This document shows, piece by piece, positions 1 through 9,527 of a stretch of 64,000 nucleotides of DNA. The position numbers and the translations under genes were made by a program. The notes beneath the pieces are model-generated. The model searched no databases and was not told the DNA's origin. It worked only from the letters and a program-made list of their open reading frames with translations. How positions within the stretch are numbered: the stretch's first letter is position 1; each line of letters begins with the position of its first letter. The DNA lies in the sequence record OL956808.1. One strand, given 5' to 3'. Origin of the DNA: Escherichia phage vB_EcoM-S1P5QW.

Positions 1-369
1 ATTGACCCAGAAATGAAAATGGATTGGGACAAAGACGTTTCCAGATCTCTTGGATTAAGGTCAATTAAAAATAGCCTTTTAGGAATTATTACAACCAGGA
101 AAGGGTCAAGGCCATTTGACCCAGAGTTTGGATGCGATTTATCTGATCAGCTTTTTGAGAATATGACTCCTCTTACTGCTGATACTGTTGAGCGTAACAT
201 TGAAAGCGCAGTAAGAAACTACGAGCCACGTATTGATAAATTAGCAGTTAATGTAATACCAGTTTATGATGATTATACTCTGATAGTAGAAATACGCTTT
301 TCAGTCATCGATAACCCTGATGATATTGAGCAGATAAAACTACAACTGGCTTCCAGTAACAGAGTATAA
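1..369 (+). CDS. 25: baseplate wedge protein gp25 (5'-truncated at window edge)
   Basis: Open frame from nt 1; translation IDPEMKMDW...SSNRV matches recalled T4 gp25 C-terminal region; lies upstream of uvsY as in T4. Confidence 0.85.
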   Translation: MDPEMKMDWDKDVSRSLGLRSIKNSLLGIITTRKGSRPFDPEFGCDLSDQLFENMTPLTADTVERNIESAVRNYEPRIDKLAVNVIPVYDDYTLIVEIRFSVIDNPDDIEQIKLQLASSNRV

Positions 370-393
370 TGCTTCACGTATAAACGTGGTATA
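367..393 (+). promoter_or_regulatory. MotA-dependent middle promoter for uvsY
   Basis: MotA box aaTGCTTca about 12 nt upstream of -10 ggtataat. Confidence 0.6.
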
Positions 394-435
394 ATGAATC
401 TAAGTCCATCCAATAACAATTGAATAGAGAACAAT

Positions 436-849
436 ATGAAATTAGAAGATCTTCAAGAAGAATTGAAGAAAGATGTGTTTATAGATTCGACTAAATTACA
501 GTATGAAGCAGCTAATAATGTGATGTTATATAGTAAATGGCTCAATAAGCATTCAAGTATTAAAAAGGAAATGCTTAGAATTGATGCACAGAAAAAAGTT
601 GCTCTTAAAGCTAAATTAGACTACTACTCGGGACGAGGAGATGGTGATGAATTTAGTATGGATCGTTACGAGAAATCAGAAATGAAAACAGTTCTATCAG
701 CTGATAAGGATGTTTTAAAAGTTGATACTTCATTGCAATATTGGGGAATTTTATTGGATTTCTGTAGCGGAGCTCTTGATGCTATTAAATCACGCGGATT
801 TGCTATTAAGCATATTCAAGACATGCGAGCATTTGAGGCTGGAAAATAA
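436..849 (+). CDS. uvsY: recombination mediator UvsY
   Basis: 137 aa, near-identical to recalled T4 UvsY; ATG with agaga RBS; MotA-type middle promoter upstream. Confidence 0.92.
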   Translation: MKLEDLQEELKKDVFIDSTKLQYEAANNVMLYSKWLNKHSSIKKEMLRIDAQKKVALKAKLDYYSGRGDGDEFSMDRYEKSEMKTVLSADKDVLKVDTSLQYWGILLDFCSGALDAIKSRGFAIKHIQDMRAFEAGK

Positions 850-1073
850 TGAGATATAGCATTGATGATGCTTTTAATTATGAAGAAGAATTCGAAACGG
901 AAATTCAATTCTTAATGAAAAAGTATAATCTCAAGCGTCAGGATATTCGTATCCTGGCCGACCACCCATGCGGTGAAGATGTACTTTATGTTAAAGGAAA
1001 ATTTGCTGGATATCTTGATGAATATTTTTATTCTAAAGATATGGGCATTGATATGCATATGAGAGTTATATAA
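849..1073 (+). CDS. hypothetical protein (uvsY.-1 position)
   Basis: 74 aa ORF; TAATG start/stop overlap with uvsY. Confidence 0.6.
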   Translation: MRYSIDDAFNYEEEFETEIQFLMKKYNLKRQDIRILADHPCGEDVLYVKGKFAGYLDEYFYSKDMGIDMHMRVI

Positions 1074-1076
1074 ATA
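1069..1076 (+). promoter_or_regulatory. late promoter (TATAAATA)
   Basis: Exact TATAAATA about 26 nt upstream of ATG 1102. Confidence 0.6.
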
Positions 1077-1101
1077 GATATATAATTTAGAGGAGACAAT
1101 C

Positions 1102-1269
1102 ATGTCAGATAAGATTTGCGTTGTCTGTAAAACTCCAATCGATTCTGCATTGGTTGTTGAAACAGACAAAGGTCCTGTACATCCTGGGCCTTGCTATAAT
1201 TACATTAAAGAACTACCAGTTTCAGAAAGTTCGGAAGAACAATTAAATGAAACACAACTTTTGCTATAG
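1102..1269 (+). CDS. hypothetical Cys-containing small protein (uvsY.-2 position)
   Basis: 55 aa ORF not in track (<60 aa); ATG at 1102 preceded by aggag RBS; TATAAATA late promoter at 1069-1076; terminator hairpin downstream. Confidence 0.55.
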   Translation: MSDKICVVCKTPIDSALVVETDKGPVHPGPCYNYIKELPVSESSEEQLNETQLLL

Positions 1270-1288
1270 TGTGACCTTTAGTCTATAG

Positions 1289-1320
1289 TTTTGGCCCTTC
1301 CTTTTTGGTTGGGCCTTTTT
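1289..1320. terminator. bidirectional intrinsic terminator between uvsY.-2 and uvsW.1
   Basis: GC stem ggccc/gggcc flanked by T-run on plus strand and A-run upstream; convergent genes. Confidence 0.5.
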
Positions 1321-1324
1321 TAAT

Positions 1325-1555
1325 TTAAAAGCTTTCTTCTACTTCATCGTCTGAATCTTCTAATTCAGCTCTTTTTCCTGCCAAAGCATCTCTCACAGAG
1401 ATGTCATCAGTATCTTTTAATTCAGTTTCTTTGACTCTTTTCTTATAATAAGCTTCAAGTTCTTCTAAACCTTCTAATGTTTGACAAGAGGCAATTTTAC
1501 CCATAAATTCATCAATAGAAGCTTCATAAAGAAATTGTTTAAATTCTAGTAACAT
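1325..1555 (-). CDS. uvsW.1: UvsW.1-like small protein
   Basis: Track ORF starts at a TTG (1567); first ATG at 1555 gives 76 aa, the length recalled for T4 UvsW.1; directly downstream of uvsW. Confidence 0.7.
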   Translation of the reverse strand: MLLEFKQFLYEASIDEFMGKIASCQTLEGLEELEAYYKKRVKETELKDTDDISVRDALAGKRAELEDSDDEVEESF

Positions 1556-1580
1556 CTTTTTCTCCAAAGGGCCGAAGCCC

Positions 1581-3092
1581 TTATAAATTAACTGTTTTCA
1601 TTACGTAATTAAATTTTTCATCTGCGTAGCGCTGAATACGATCAATGCCGTGTTTTAAAAGATAGTTCAAATGAACGTATTTCTTTTTCGTATTAGCAGA
1701 TTTTGGCTTAACACCGCAATCATCAATGAGGTCCCAGACCGTTGCGATTGTTTTAGAACCATGCTTACGTAATACGCGACCTATTGTTTGCAATACAATA
1801 ATTTTAGATTTAACACCGTGTGCTAAAACAACGTGATGCAGATTTTTAACTGAAATACCAGTAGAAAATACACCATAACTAGCTACTATAATTATTCCTT
1901 TACCGTTTTCAGCTAAAGTTTTCATTACATTGCGGGTTTCGGTATCAACTTCCCCTGATACGTAATAAACTTTATCGTATTCATTTTTAATTAAATCGAA
2001 AATAGCTTTACCGTGTGATACGTGTTTAAACATGACAAAAGCGTTTTCATCTTTTTGCGCAAGCTTAATAGCTAATTTAGCGATCCATTTATTTCTTTTA
2101 CTGAGTCCAGTAATAATTTTTATTTCTTCTTGGTAAGTTTTTCCCTTTAATTTAGTAGTGAACTCATCGGGATAGCGAAGAAAAATACTATTAATTTTTA
2201 ACTCAGTTACTTGTCCATCTTCCATTAATTTAGAAGTCGTTACTGGCTTAAATATTTCACCAAACATTCCAACATACTGCATGATATTAGCTTTGCCATC
2301 ACGCAATGAACCGGACAAACCAAATTTAAACATGCAGTTATTTAAACCTGATATGATAGATGAAATACTTTTTCCTGTAGCAAGATGACATTCATCATTC
2401 ATCATCATTCCAAACTGTGAGAACCATTCTTTTGGTTGTTTTACTACAGTTTGCCATGTACCAACAACGACTGGTGCATCATTTTTATATTTATCATCTT
2501 TTGATGCTCCACCGCCGATTTTCTTTATCATTGCATGACTGAATAAACGATAGTCAACAAAGTCATCAGCCATCTGAGTTGTTAAAGCAGTTGTTGGAAC
2601 AATGATAAGAATTTTACCTTCATAATTTTCCAAATAATACCGAGCAAGCAGAGCTTGAATTAACGATTTACCAGCGGATGTTGGAAGATTAAGAATTCTA
2701 CGACGATTAACTAATCCTTCGAACACTGCATCTTTTTGATACCAGTGTGGTTCAATTCTTTTATTTCCTGAATAGATTTCTAATTTAGAAAGCCATTCAT
2801 CAAAATCTTTTCTTGATAATTCTTCTTTTTCGTTAATCTGCGGGTCAATCCAGGCTTTATAGCCAAAGTTATCACAGAACTTTTTAATTTGCCCGACTAA
2901 GCCGAATGGAAGAAGGCGATTATAATCTAAAAGACGGATTCGTCCATCCCAGTGACCATATTTGTATTTCGGATTAAAACGATACCCTTCAGCTTCAAAG
3001 CTAAAGAAATCACGGAGTTCATGAAATGTACTTTCTTCACAATCAATTCTCACGTGACTAAAATCATAAAAATGTACTTTAATGTCAGTCAT
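1581..3092 (-). CDS. uvsW: UvsW DNA/RNA helicase (SF2)
   Basis: 503 aa; Walker A TSAGKS and DECH box; matches recalled T4 UvsW. Confidence 0.9.
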   Translation of the reverse strand: MTDIKVHFYDFSHVRIDCEESTFHELRDFFSFEAEGYRFNPKYKYGHWDGRIRLLDYNRLLPFGLVGQIKKFCDNFGYKAWIDPQINEKEELSRKDFDEWLSKLEIYSGNKRIEPHWYQKDAVFEGLVNRRRILNLPTSAGKSLIQALLARYYLENYEGKILIIVPTTALTTQMADDFVDYRLFSHAMIKKIGGGASKDDKYKNDAPVVVGTWQTVVKQPKEWFSQFGMMMNDECHLATGKSISSIISGLNNCMFKFGLSGSLRDGKANIMQYVGMFGEIFKPVTTSKLMEDGQVTELKINSIFLRYPDEFTTKLKGKTYQEEIKIITGLSKRNKWIAKLAIKLAQKDENAFVMFKHVSHGKAIFDLIKNEYDKVYYVSGEVDTETRNVMKTLAENGKGIIIVASYGVFSTGISVKNLHHVVLAHGVKSKIIVLQTIGRVLRKHGSKTIATVWDLIDDCGVKPKSANTKKKYVHLNYLLKHGIDRIQRYADEKFNYVMKTVNL

Positions 3093-3121
3093 GTCTAAAT
3101 ACCATGTAATAAATATATCTA

Positions 3122-3129
3122 TATTTATA
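3122..3129 (-). promoter_or_regulatory. late promoter for uvsW
   Basis: Plus-strand tatttata = minus-strand TATAAATA, about 30 nt upstream of uvsW ATG. Confidence 0.6.
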
Positions 3130-3142
3130 CTGAGGAAATATT

Positions 3143-3823
3143 ATGATAGATAAAGATTATATTGCAGAGCTGAAGGCTCTTGATGATAACAAAGAAGCTA
3201 AAGCTAAATTAGCTGAATATGCTGAACAGTTTGGTATAAAGGTCAAAAAGAATAAATCTTTTGATAATATCGTTGTTGATATTGAAGAAGCCCTCCAGAA
3301 GCTCGCTAGTGAACCTATGCCAGAGACTGATGGGTTATCTATTAAAGACTTAATTGATGCTGCTGATGCCGCAGACGGATTAAAATATGACGATGAAGAA
3401 GTCAATCTAGAGGCAGCACTTCTGATTGATTCTCCGGTTAAATCTGACATTAAAATTGAAGTAGTAGAAATGGATAAAATTCCTGAAAATACCGATGTTT
3501 TGATTGAAGATACTCCTTTTGTTGAAGAAAAATTCGAGCAAGCTGTAGCTGAGATTATTGAATCTGAAAAGCCGTCTGTATTTACTCTTCCGGAAAACTT
3601 TAGTCCGAATCTTCAGCTGATTGGAAAAAATCCAGGATTCTGCACTGTTCCTTGGTGGATTTACCAGTGGATTGCTGAAACTCCGGATTGGAAATCTCAC
3701 CCAACAAGTTTTGAACATGCGTCGGCACACCAAACTTTATTTAGCTTAATTTATTACATTAATCGCGACGGATCAGTTCTAATTCGTGAAACACGCAATT
3801 CTTCTTTCGTAACATTAAAATAA
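3143..3823 (+). CDS. inh: Inh, inhibitor of prohead protease gp21
   Basis: 226 aa, same length and position as T4 inh, next to hoc; gagga RBS. Confidence 0.75.
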   Translation: MIDKDYIAELKALDDNKEAKAKLAEYAEQFGIKVKKNKSFDNIVVDIEEALQKLASEPMPETDGLSIKDLIDAADAADGLKYDDEEVNLEAALLIDSPVKSDIKIEVVEMDKIPENTDVLIEDTPFVEEKFEQAVAEIIESEKPSVFTLPENFSPNLQLIGKNPGFCTVPWWIYQWIAETPDWKSHPTSFEHASAHQTLFSLIYYINRDGSVLIRETRNSSFVTLK

Positions 3824-3832
3824 GGATAACTT

Positions 3833-4963
3833 ATGGCTTTTACAGTTGATATAACTCCTAAAACACCTACTGGAGTTATAGATCAGACTCAGCAGTTTAC
3901 TGCTACACCCAGTGGTCAAACTGGAGATGGACCTATTACATATGCTTGGACTGTAGACGACGCTCCACAGGAAGAAACGTCAGCAACTTTTAGTTATGTA
4001 CTAAAAGGACCTGCCGGTCAAAAGACTATTAAAGTAGTTGCAACAAATCCAGTTCCTGATTCTGAAGCTGAAACAGCTGAAATTAGTACAACTATCACAG
4101 TTCAAAATAAGACACAGACAACTACTTTAGCTGTAACTCCTAATAGTCCTCCGGAAGGAGTAATCGGAACAGCTGTTGAATTTACCGCTACTTTAGCTTC
4201 ACAGCCACCAAGTGCATCTGCTACATATAAATGGTACGTAGATGATTCTCAAATTGGTGGAGAAACTAATTCTACATTTAGCTATACTCCAACTACAAGT
4301 GGAGTAAAAAGAATTAAATGCGTAGCCCAAGTGACGGCAACGGATTATGACGCAAAAGAAGTTACTTCGAATGAAGTATCATTAACGGTTAATAAGAAGA
4401 CAATGAATCCACAGGTTACATTGACTCCTCCTTCTATTAACGTTCAACAAGATGCTTTGGCTACATTTACTGCTAATGTCACTGATGCTCCAGAAGAAGC
4501 ACAAATCGAATACTCATGGAAGAAAGATTCTTCTCCAGTAGAAGGATCAACTAATGTATATACCGTTGATACCTCATCTATTGGAAGTCAAACTATTGAA
4601 GTTACTGCAACTGTTACTGCTGCTGATTATGATAGCAAAACTATTACAGCAGAAGGTCAAGTTCAGGTAACTGATAAAGTTGCTCCGGAACCAGAAGGTG
4701 AATTGCCTTATGTTCATCCTCTTCCACATCGTACTTCAGCTTACATCTGGTGTGGTTGGTGGGTTATGGATGAAATCCAAAAAATGACCGAAGAAGGTAA
4801 AGATTGGAAAACTGATGATCCGGATAGTAAGTACTACTTGCATCGTTACACTCTTCAGAAAATGATGAAAGACTATCCAGAAGTTGATGTTCAAGAATCA
4901 CGTAATGGATACATCATTCATAAAACTGCTTTAGAAACTGGTATCATCTATACCTATCCATAA
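3833..4963 (+). CDS. hoc: Hoc, highly immunogenic outer capsid protein (Ig-like domains)
   Basis: 376 aa; N-terminus MAFTVDITPKTPTGVID... matches recalled T4 Hoc; repeated Ig-like segments; terminator hairpin after stop. Confidence 0.9.
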   Translation: MAFTVDITPKTPTGVIDQTQQFTATPSGQTGDGPITYAWTVDDAPQEETSATFSYVLKGPAGQKTIKVVATNPVPDSEAETAEISTTITVQNKTQTTTLAVTPNSPPEGVIGTAVEFTATLASQPPSASATYKWYVDDSQIGGETNSTFSYTPTTSGVKRIKCVAQVTATDYDAKEVTSNEVSLTVNKKTMNPQVTLTPPSINVQQDALATFTANVTDAPEEAQIEYSWKKDSSPVEGSTNVYTVDTSSIGSQTIEVTATVTAADYDSKTITAEGQVQVTDKVAPEPEGELPYVHPLPHRTSAYIWCGWWVMDEIQKMTEEGKDWKTDDPDSKYYLHRYTLQKMMKDYPEVDVQESRNGYIIHKTALETGIIYTYP

Positions 4964-4968
4964 TCATA

Positions 4969-4992
4969 AGGGGCTTCGGCCCCTTTCTTCAT
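4969..4992 (+). terminator. intrinsic terminator after hoc
   Basis: Hairpin aggggc-ttcg-gcccct followed by T-rich run. Confidence 0.6.
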
Positions 4993-5052
4993 TTTGAAAG
5001 CACACAAAACACAATCAGAAAATGATGTATATAATGGCACCAACTCGATAAC

Positions 5053-5268
5053 ATGAGATTGATTATGAGAACTGAGGTTGTGGTGTTTACTCTTCATGAG
5101 TCTGGAAAGTCATTCATTGAAATTGCTCGTGAATTAAACTTACAGGCGAAAGAAGTGGCTGTATTATGGGCTCGAGCTATGACTGCTAAGAATAAATTTG
5201 AGACTCGAGAAAAAGTTGTCTATAGAAAAAGACATATTAATAAAAAGGTGAAAAATGGAACAGTATGA
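5053..5268 (+). CDS. hypothetical protein (24.3 position)
   Basis: 71 aa ORF with ATG start between hoc and rnlB. Confidence 0.5.
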   Translation: MRLIMRTEVVVFTLHESGKSFIEIARELNLQAKEVAVLWARAMTAKNKFETREKVVYRKRHINKKVKNGTV

Positions 5269-5533
5269 TCTTTATGAAAATGAATCTTTTGCTAATCAAT
5301 TACGTGAAAAAGCATTAAAAAGTAAACAGTTTAAGCTAGAGTGTTTTATTAAAGATTTTTCAGAACTTGCTAATAAAGCAGCTGAACAAGGTAAAACATA
5401 TTTTAGTTATTATTGTACTGCTCGCGATAAACTGATTACTGAAGAAATTGGTGATTGGCTGAGAAAAGAAGGATTTAATTTTAAAGTCAATAGTGATCAG
5501 CGTGATGGTGATTGGTTAGAAATTACATTTTGA
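5255..5533 (+). CDS. hypothetical protein (24.2 position)
   Basis: 92 aa ORF; aaggtg RBS; overlaps upstream ORF. Confidence 0.55.
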   Translation: MEQYDLYENESFANQLREKALKSKQFKLECFIKDFSELANKAAEQGKTYFSYYCTARDKLITEEIGDWLRKEGFNFKVNSDQRDGDWLEITF

Positions 5534-5542
5534 GGATTAATT

Positions 5543-6547
5543 ATGTTTAAAAAGTATAGCAGTCTTGAAAATCATTACAACTCTAAATTTATTGAAAAAC
5601 TTTATAGCTTGGGATTGACTGGCGGCGAATGGGTAGCTCGTGAAAAAATTCATGGAACAAACTTTTCTTTGATTATTGAGCGTGATAAAGTAACTTGCGC
5701 TAAACGTACTGGACCGATTCTTCCTGCTGAAGATTTCTTTGGGTATGAAATTATTCTAAAGAATTACGCTGATTCCATTAAAGCAGTACAAGATATTATG
5801 GAAACTTCAGCGGTTGTATCTTATCAAGTCTTTGGCGAATTCGCTGGACCTGGCATTCAGAAGAATGTTGATTATGGTGATAAAGATTTTTATGTATTTG
5901 ACATTATTGTTACTACCGAAAGTGGTGATGTAACTTATGTCGATGATTATATGATGGAATCATTTTGTAATACATTTAAATTTAAAATGGCTCCACTTTT
6001 AGGTCGCGGTAAATTTGAAGAACTTATTAAATTGCCAAATGATTTAGATTCTGTCGTCCAAGATTATAATTTTACAGTAGACCATGCTGGATTAGTTGAT
6101 GCAAATAAATGCGTTTGGAATGCTGAAGCCAAAGGCGAAGTATTTACCGCTGAAGGATATGTATTGAAACCTTGTTATCCTTCTTGGCTGCCTAATCGCA
6201 ATCGTGTAGCCATCAAATGCAAGAATTCTAAATTTAGTGAAAAGAAAAAGTCTGATAAGCCTATTAAAGCTAAAGTTGAACTGTCAGAAGCTGATAACAA
6301 ATTAGTGGGGATTTTAACTTGTTACGTTACACTGAACCGAGTAAATAACGTTATTTCTAAAATTGGCGAAATTGGTCCAAAGGATTTTGGAAAGGTGATG
6401 GGGCTAACTGTCCAAGATATTTTGGAAGAAACTTCTCGTGAAGGTATTACTTTAACTCAAGCGGATAATCCTTCCTTGATTAAGAAGGAATTAGTTAAAA
6501 TGGTACAAGATGTACTTCGTCCGGCTTGGATTGAATTGGTAAGTTAA
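5543..6547 (+). CDS. rnlB: RNA ligase 2 (Rnl2)
   Basis: 334 aa; nucleotidyltransferase motif I KIHGTN near N-terminus; matches recalled T4 Rnl2. Confidence 0.9.
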   Translation: MFKKYSSLENHYNSKFIEKLYSLGLTGGEWVAREKIHGTNFSLIIERDKVTCAKRTGPILPAEDFFGYEIILKNYADSIKAVQDIMETSAVVSYQVFGEFAGPGIQKNVDYGDKDFYVFDIIVTTESGDVTYVDDYMMESFCNTFKFKMAPLLGRGKFEELIKLPNDLDSVVQDYNFTVDHAGLVDANKCVWNAEAKGEVFTAEGYVLKPCYPSWLPNRNRVAIKCKNSKFSEKKKSDKPIKAKVELSEADNKLVGILTCYVTLNRVNNVISKIGEIGPKDFGKVMGLTVQDILEETSREGITLTQADNPSLIKKELVKMVQDVLRPAWIELVS

Positions 6548-6552
6548 ATAAA

Positions 6553-6576
6553 AAGGGACCTTTCGGTCCCTTTGTT
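6553..6576. terminator. bidirectional terminator between rnlB and gene 24
   Basis: Hairpin aaagggacc-tttc-ggtcccttt with T-run; convergent genes. Confidence 0.65.
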
Positions 6577-7860
6577 TTATTCATCAACGATAATTTTTGG
6601 TAGCTTAACACCTAATAAAACAGACAAATCTGAACGACCCGCCATTTTATCCATGTCTCCACCATCAATTATTCTTGCTTCTTTTTCATCTTTTGCTACA
6701 GTATAAGGATTTGCAGATAAAGCATATCTAACCAATAAACCGATAGATGGCTGCAAACTTTCTGGATCAACTACAACTTTAAATGCACCTACATGTTCAG
6801 GGTCATCTAAGTCAAGACCTTCTGTATACGGAGCATAGAAAATTGATCCAACAATTTCTTTTTCACCGATATTTTCTACTACGCCAACGATTACATAATC
6901 TAATGGGCTGTTAGTATCGCAATAAAGCGGTAAACCATTAGCTAAGAACCCATAGGCATTTTGTGAAAGATATTTATCATCTTCTGGTTTATGTTTTAAC
7001 CAACCTGATGCAGCAAGAATCGCAGCGGCACGAGCAGAAGCTACACAGAACGTTGCTGTATAAGTTGATTCTTTTTGGATATGCGAAACCATTTCACATA
7101 CCATTCGGTATAATGAACGACCAGCTTCAGGTGCAGATGCATAACTCAAATCAATGAATCCAGTATCAGTAATTCCTGTAACTTTATAACGTTTTGATAC
7201 TGTAATCAAAGACTGCAGAATATCTTTATTGATTTCATCTGCCATTTCAGTTGCAAGCAAATCTTCCAAGAAATTAGGAGCATCGAATCCATTTGCTTCT
7301 AAATCTTGTGCTAATTCAACTGTGATACCAGTTTTAAGTTTACGAGATTTAACTGCGGTTTGCCATTTATTAATCTGGAATCTAGCATCCGCAATTTCAC
7401 TATCAGAGCTTTCAAATTTGCTTGTTACTGCAGCATCAGAAAATAGACGAACCTTTAAAAGAACAATTGCAATCTGAAGAGCTAATTCTAGATCACTTTC
7501 CTGAATATCTGCAAACGGTGTATCTTCTAACACTTTATAGACGATATTATTATATTTGAAAAAATCGCCTTTATTGAGAGTTAATTTAGACTCTTCTGTT
7601 AATTCTGTGATTTGTTCTCGGTCTACGTATCCAGCTTCGCCAGCGTAAGTAGCACCAGTTTTAAATGTAAATTCGTTATCTGGGTTAAGGTATTTGATAC
7701 CATAAAAAGCAGCAACAGGTTGATTAGTTCTTTGCGTTGCTACAATGTCAGAATATATTAATTTAGTGGTAGCGCGAGTCAAAGCAACGAGATTTGGGCG
7801 ACCGATTGAGTTGCTATTCGTTGTGGTTGATTCGCGCAGAAGTTCGTTGATTTTAGCCAT
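6577..7860 (-). CDS. 24: capsid vertex protein gp24
   Basis: 427 aa; paralog of gp23; length and position as T4 gp24; late promoter upstream. Confidence 0.9.
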   Translation of the reverse strand: MAKINELLRESTTTNSNSIGRPNLVALTRATTKLIYSDIVATQRTNQPVAAFYGIKYLNPDNEFTFKTGATYAGEAGYVDREQITELTEESKLTLNKGDFFKYNNIVYKVLEDTPFADIQESDLELALQIAIVLLKVRLFSDAAVTSKFESSDSEIADARFQINKWQTAVKSRKLKTGITVELAQDLEANGFDAPNFLEDLLATEMADEINKDILQSLITVSKRYKVTGITDTGFIDLSYASAPEAGRSLYRMVCEMVSHIQKESTYTATFCVASARAAAILAASGWLKHKPEDDKYLSQNAYGFLANGLPLYCDTNSPLDYVIVGVVENIGEKEIVGSIFYAPYTEGLDLDDPEHVGAFKVVVDPESLQPSIGLLVRYALSANPYTVAKDEKEARIIDGGDMDKMAGRSDLSVLLGVKLPKIIVDE

Positions 7861-7887
7861 TGCGCTTTCCTTTTGGTTTATATGATT

Positions 7888-7895
7888 TATTTATA
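7888..7895 (-). promoter_or_regulatory. late promoter for gene 24
   Basis: Minus-strand TATAAATA 28 nt upstream of ATG. Confidence 0.65.
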
Positions 7896-7910
7896 CCATA
7901 AAAACAACTA

Positions 7911-7932
7911 AAGGGACCCGAAGGTCCCTTAA
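7911..7932 (-). terminator. hairpin after gene 23
   Basis: Stem agggacc/ggtccct with 4-nt loop just past gene 23 stop; T-rich on minus strand. Confidence 0.5.
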
Positions 7933-7943
7933 ATCGTCAAAGA

Positions 7944-9509
7944 TTAGATACCTTTAACATATACACGGCGGAAGTAAGCGTTTTTACCAAGGCTATTCAG
8001 AATAGAAGGCATACCGCTCTGGATGCGAGAAGCCGGAGCCTGAGCAGCGGATTCTGCAAATGGGTTGATACCGATACCGTAACGAGTTTTGAATCCCATT
8101 ACTGGTTGGAAGTTCTTCGGATCGGAACCACGCAGCGGAGTCAGAGCTACATATGGAGCGTAGTAAATACCAGCATCCATTTCGTTCGGACCTTTATAAC
8201 CTACAGTGAAATAATCCTGTTTAGCATACTGGTCGATATATACACGGTATTTACCACCCAGAACACCAGCAAATACTGACTTGGTAGTATCAGTGTTAAA
8301 GCCGGTAGCCAGACCTTGTGCAGCATAAGAAATGCCAGTATCAACAGAAGCCAGTACGTTAACTACGTTACGAGAAGCGATAATGAAGTTACCTTCACCA
8401 CGACCGGTTTGACGAGCGATTTCAACTGCTTCTTTATCAATCTGGAACAACAGAGCTTTAAAGGATTCACCAGCCCAGCGAGCACCACGAATATCAATTG
8501 GATCCTGGAAGTCGAATACACCAGCTTTAGAACCCGGAGTCAAGGTCATACCAGATTTACCAACCTGAGCGGAGTAGTTAATCCAATCAACAACTTCACG
8601 GTTGATTTCCAGCATAATTTCGGTAGCCAGAATACCGGACAGTTCAGCATCAGCATCCATACCGTGAACAGCGCGGAGGTCTTGTGCTAATTCAATAGAG
8701 TAAGCAGCTTTCAGCTGACGAGATTTAGCTTCGATAACTTGTTTATCGATACGGAAGCCCATTTCATTCCATGGGTTATCGGTAGAACCGTTAAAACCTT
8801 CCTGAAGTTCAGCGATAGAAGTAGCCATACCTTCAGCGATTTCTACCAGTACACCTGCTTCCATTTGTTTCTTAATTTCAGCATCTAATTTAGCTGCATC
8901 ATTTGCACTAGAATCAATTGTCACAACAGCTGAAGCTTGCAGATATACAGTACCGGTTTCCTGGAAGAAGTGAGTATAGATATCACCTACTGTGGTTTCT
9001 GTGCTAGCAGCCAGAGCTGGGAATTTCTTAGCAGCACCCTGACCAGAGAACATTGCATCTGGACCATACATTGGGTGGAATGCTTCTTTAGCACCGGCAG
9101 CGATCGGATCTTTACCATATACCGCGCGGAGTGCGAATACCTGACCGGTTGGGCTGCTCATCGGTTGAACACCGCAAATATCGAAAGCAATCAGGTTAGG
9201 AATAGCACGACGTACCATACCCATAACAGCCGGGCCAATCTGAGTTACTGCGCCAGAAGTCTGACCTGCAGCGATGTTGGTAGCATTGTAACCGTGGTCA
9301 CCACCGATTTCAGCTTCTGTTAAGAAAGAACCGAATGCCTGAGCAATTTTTTCGTCTTTATATTCCGGAGCTGTCTGGAAATCTTTTTCCTGGTTTTCAA
9401 AGATTTTAGCGATAATCGCTTGTTTGCTATTAGCAATTTCCGGTAAACCTTCACCTTCCAGTAATGGCTTCCATTTGTTCAAAAGTTCAGCTTTAGTTTT
9501 GATAGTCAT
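7944..9509 (-). CDS. 23: major capsid protein gp23
   Basis: 521 aa; N-terminus MTIKTKAELLNKWKPLLEGEG... matches recalled T4 gp23. Confidence 0.95.
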   Translation of the reverse strand: MTIKTKAELLNKWKPLLEGEGLPEIANSKQAIIAKIFENQEKDFQTAPEYKDEKIAQAFGSFLTEAEIGGDHGYNATNIAAGQTSGAVTQIGPAVMGMVRRAIPNLIAFDICGVQPMSSPTGQVFALRAVYGKDPIAAGAKEAFHPMYGPDAMFSGQGAAKKFPALAASTETTVGDIYTHFFQETGTVYLQASAVVTIDSSANDAAKLDAEIKKQMEAGVLVEIAEGMATSIAELQEGFNGSTDNPWNEMGFRIDKQVIEAKSRQLKAAYSIELAQDLRAVHGMDADAELSGILATEIMLEINREVVDWINYSAQVGKSGMTLTPGSKAGVFDFQDPIDIRGARWAGESFKALLFQIDKEAVEIARQTGRGEGNFIIASRNVVNVLASVDTGISYAAQGLATGFNTDTTKSVFAGVLGGKYRVYIDQYAKQDYFTVGYKGPNEMDAGIYYAPYVALTPLRGSDPKNFQPVMGFKTRYGIGINPFAESAAQAPASRIQSGMPSILNSLGKNAYFRRVYVKGI

Positions 9510-9527
9510 TTGTGTTAACCTTTAAAA

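Noticed and set aside
3157-3733. Minus-strand ORFs inside inh
   Set aside because: Antisense within a well-supported gene; spurious.
3833-4963. Apparent internal repeats in hoc
   Set aside because: They are protein-level Ig-like domain repeats within a single gene, not a DNA tandem-repeat element.
8316-9323. Plus-strand ORFs 8316-8690 and 8937-9323
   Set aside because: Both lie entirely antisense within gene 23, have no RBS and odd composition; treated as spurious.
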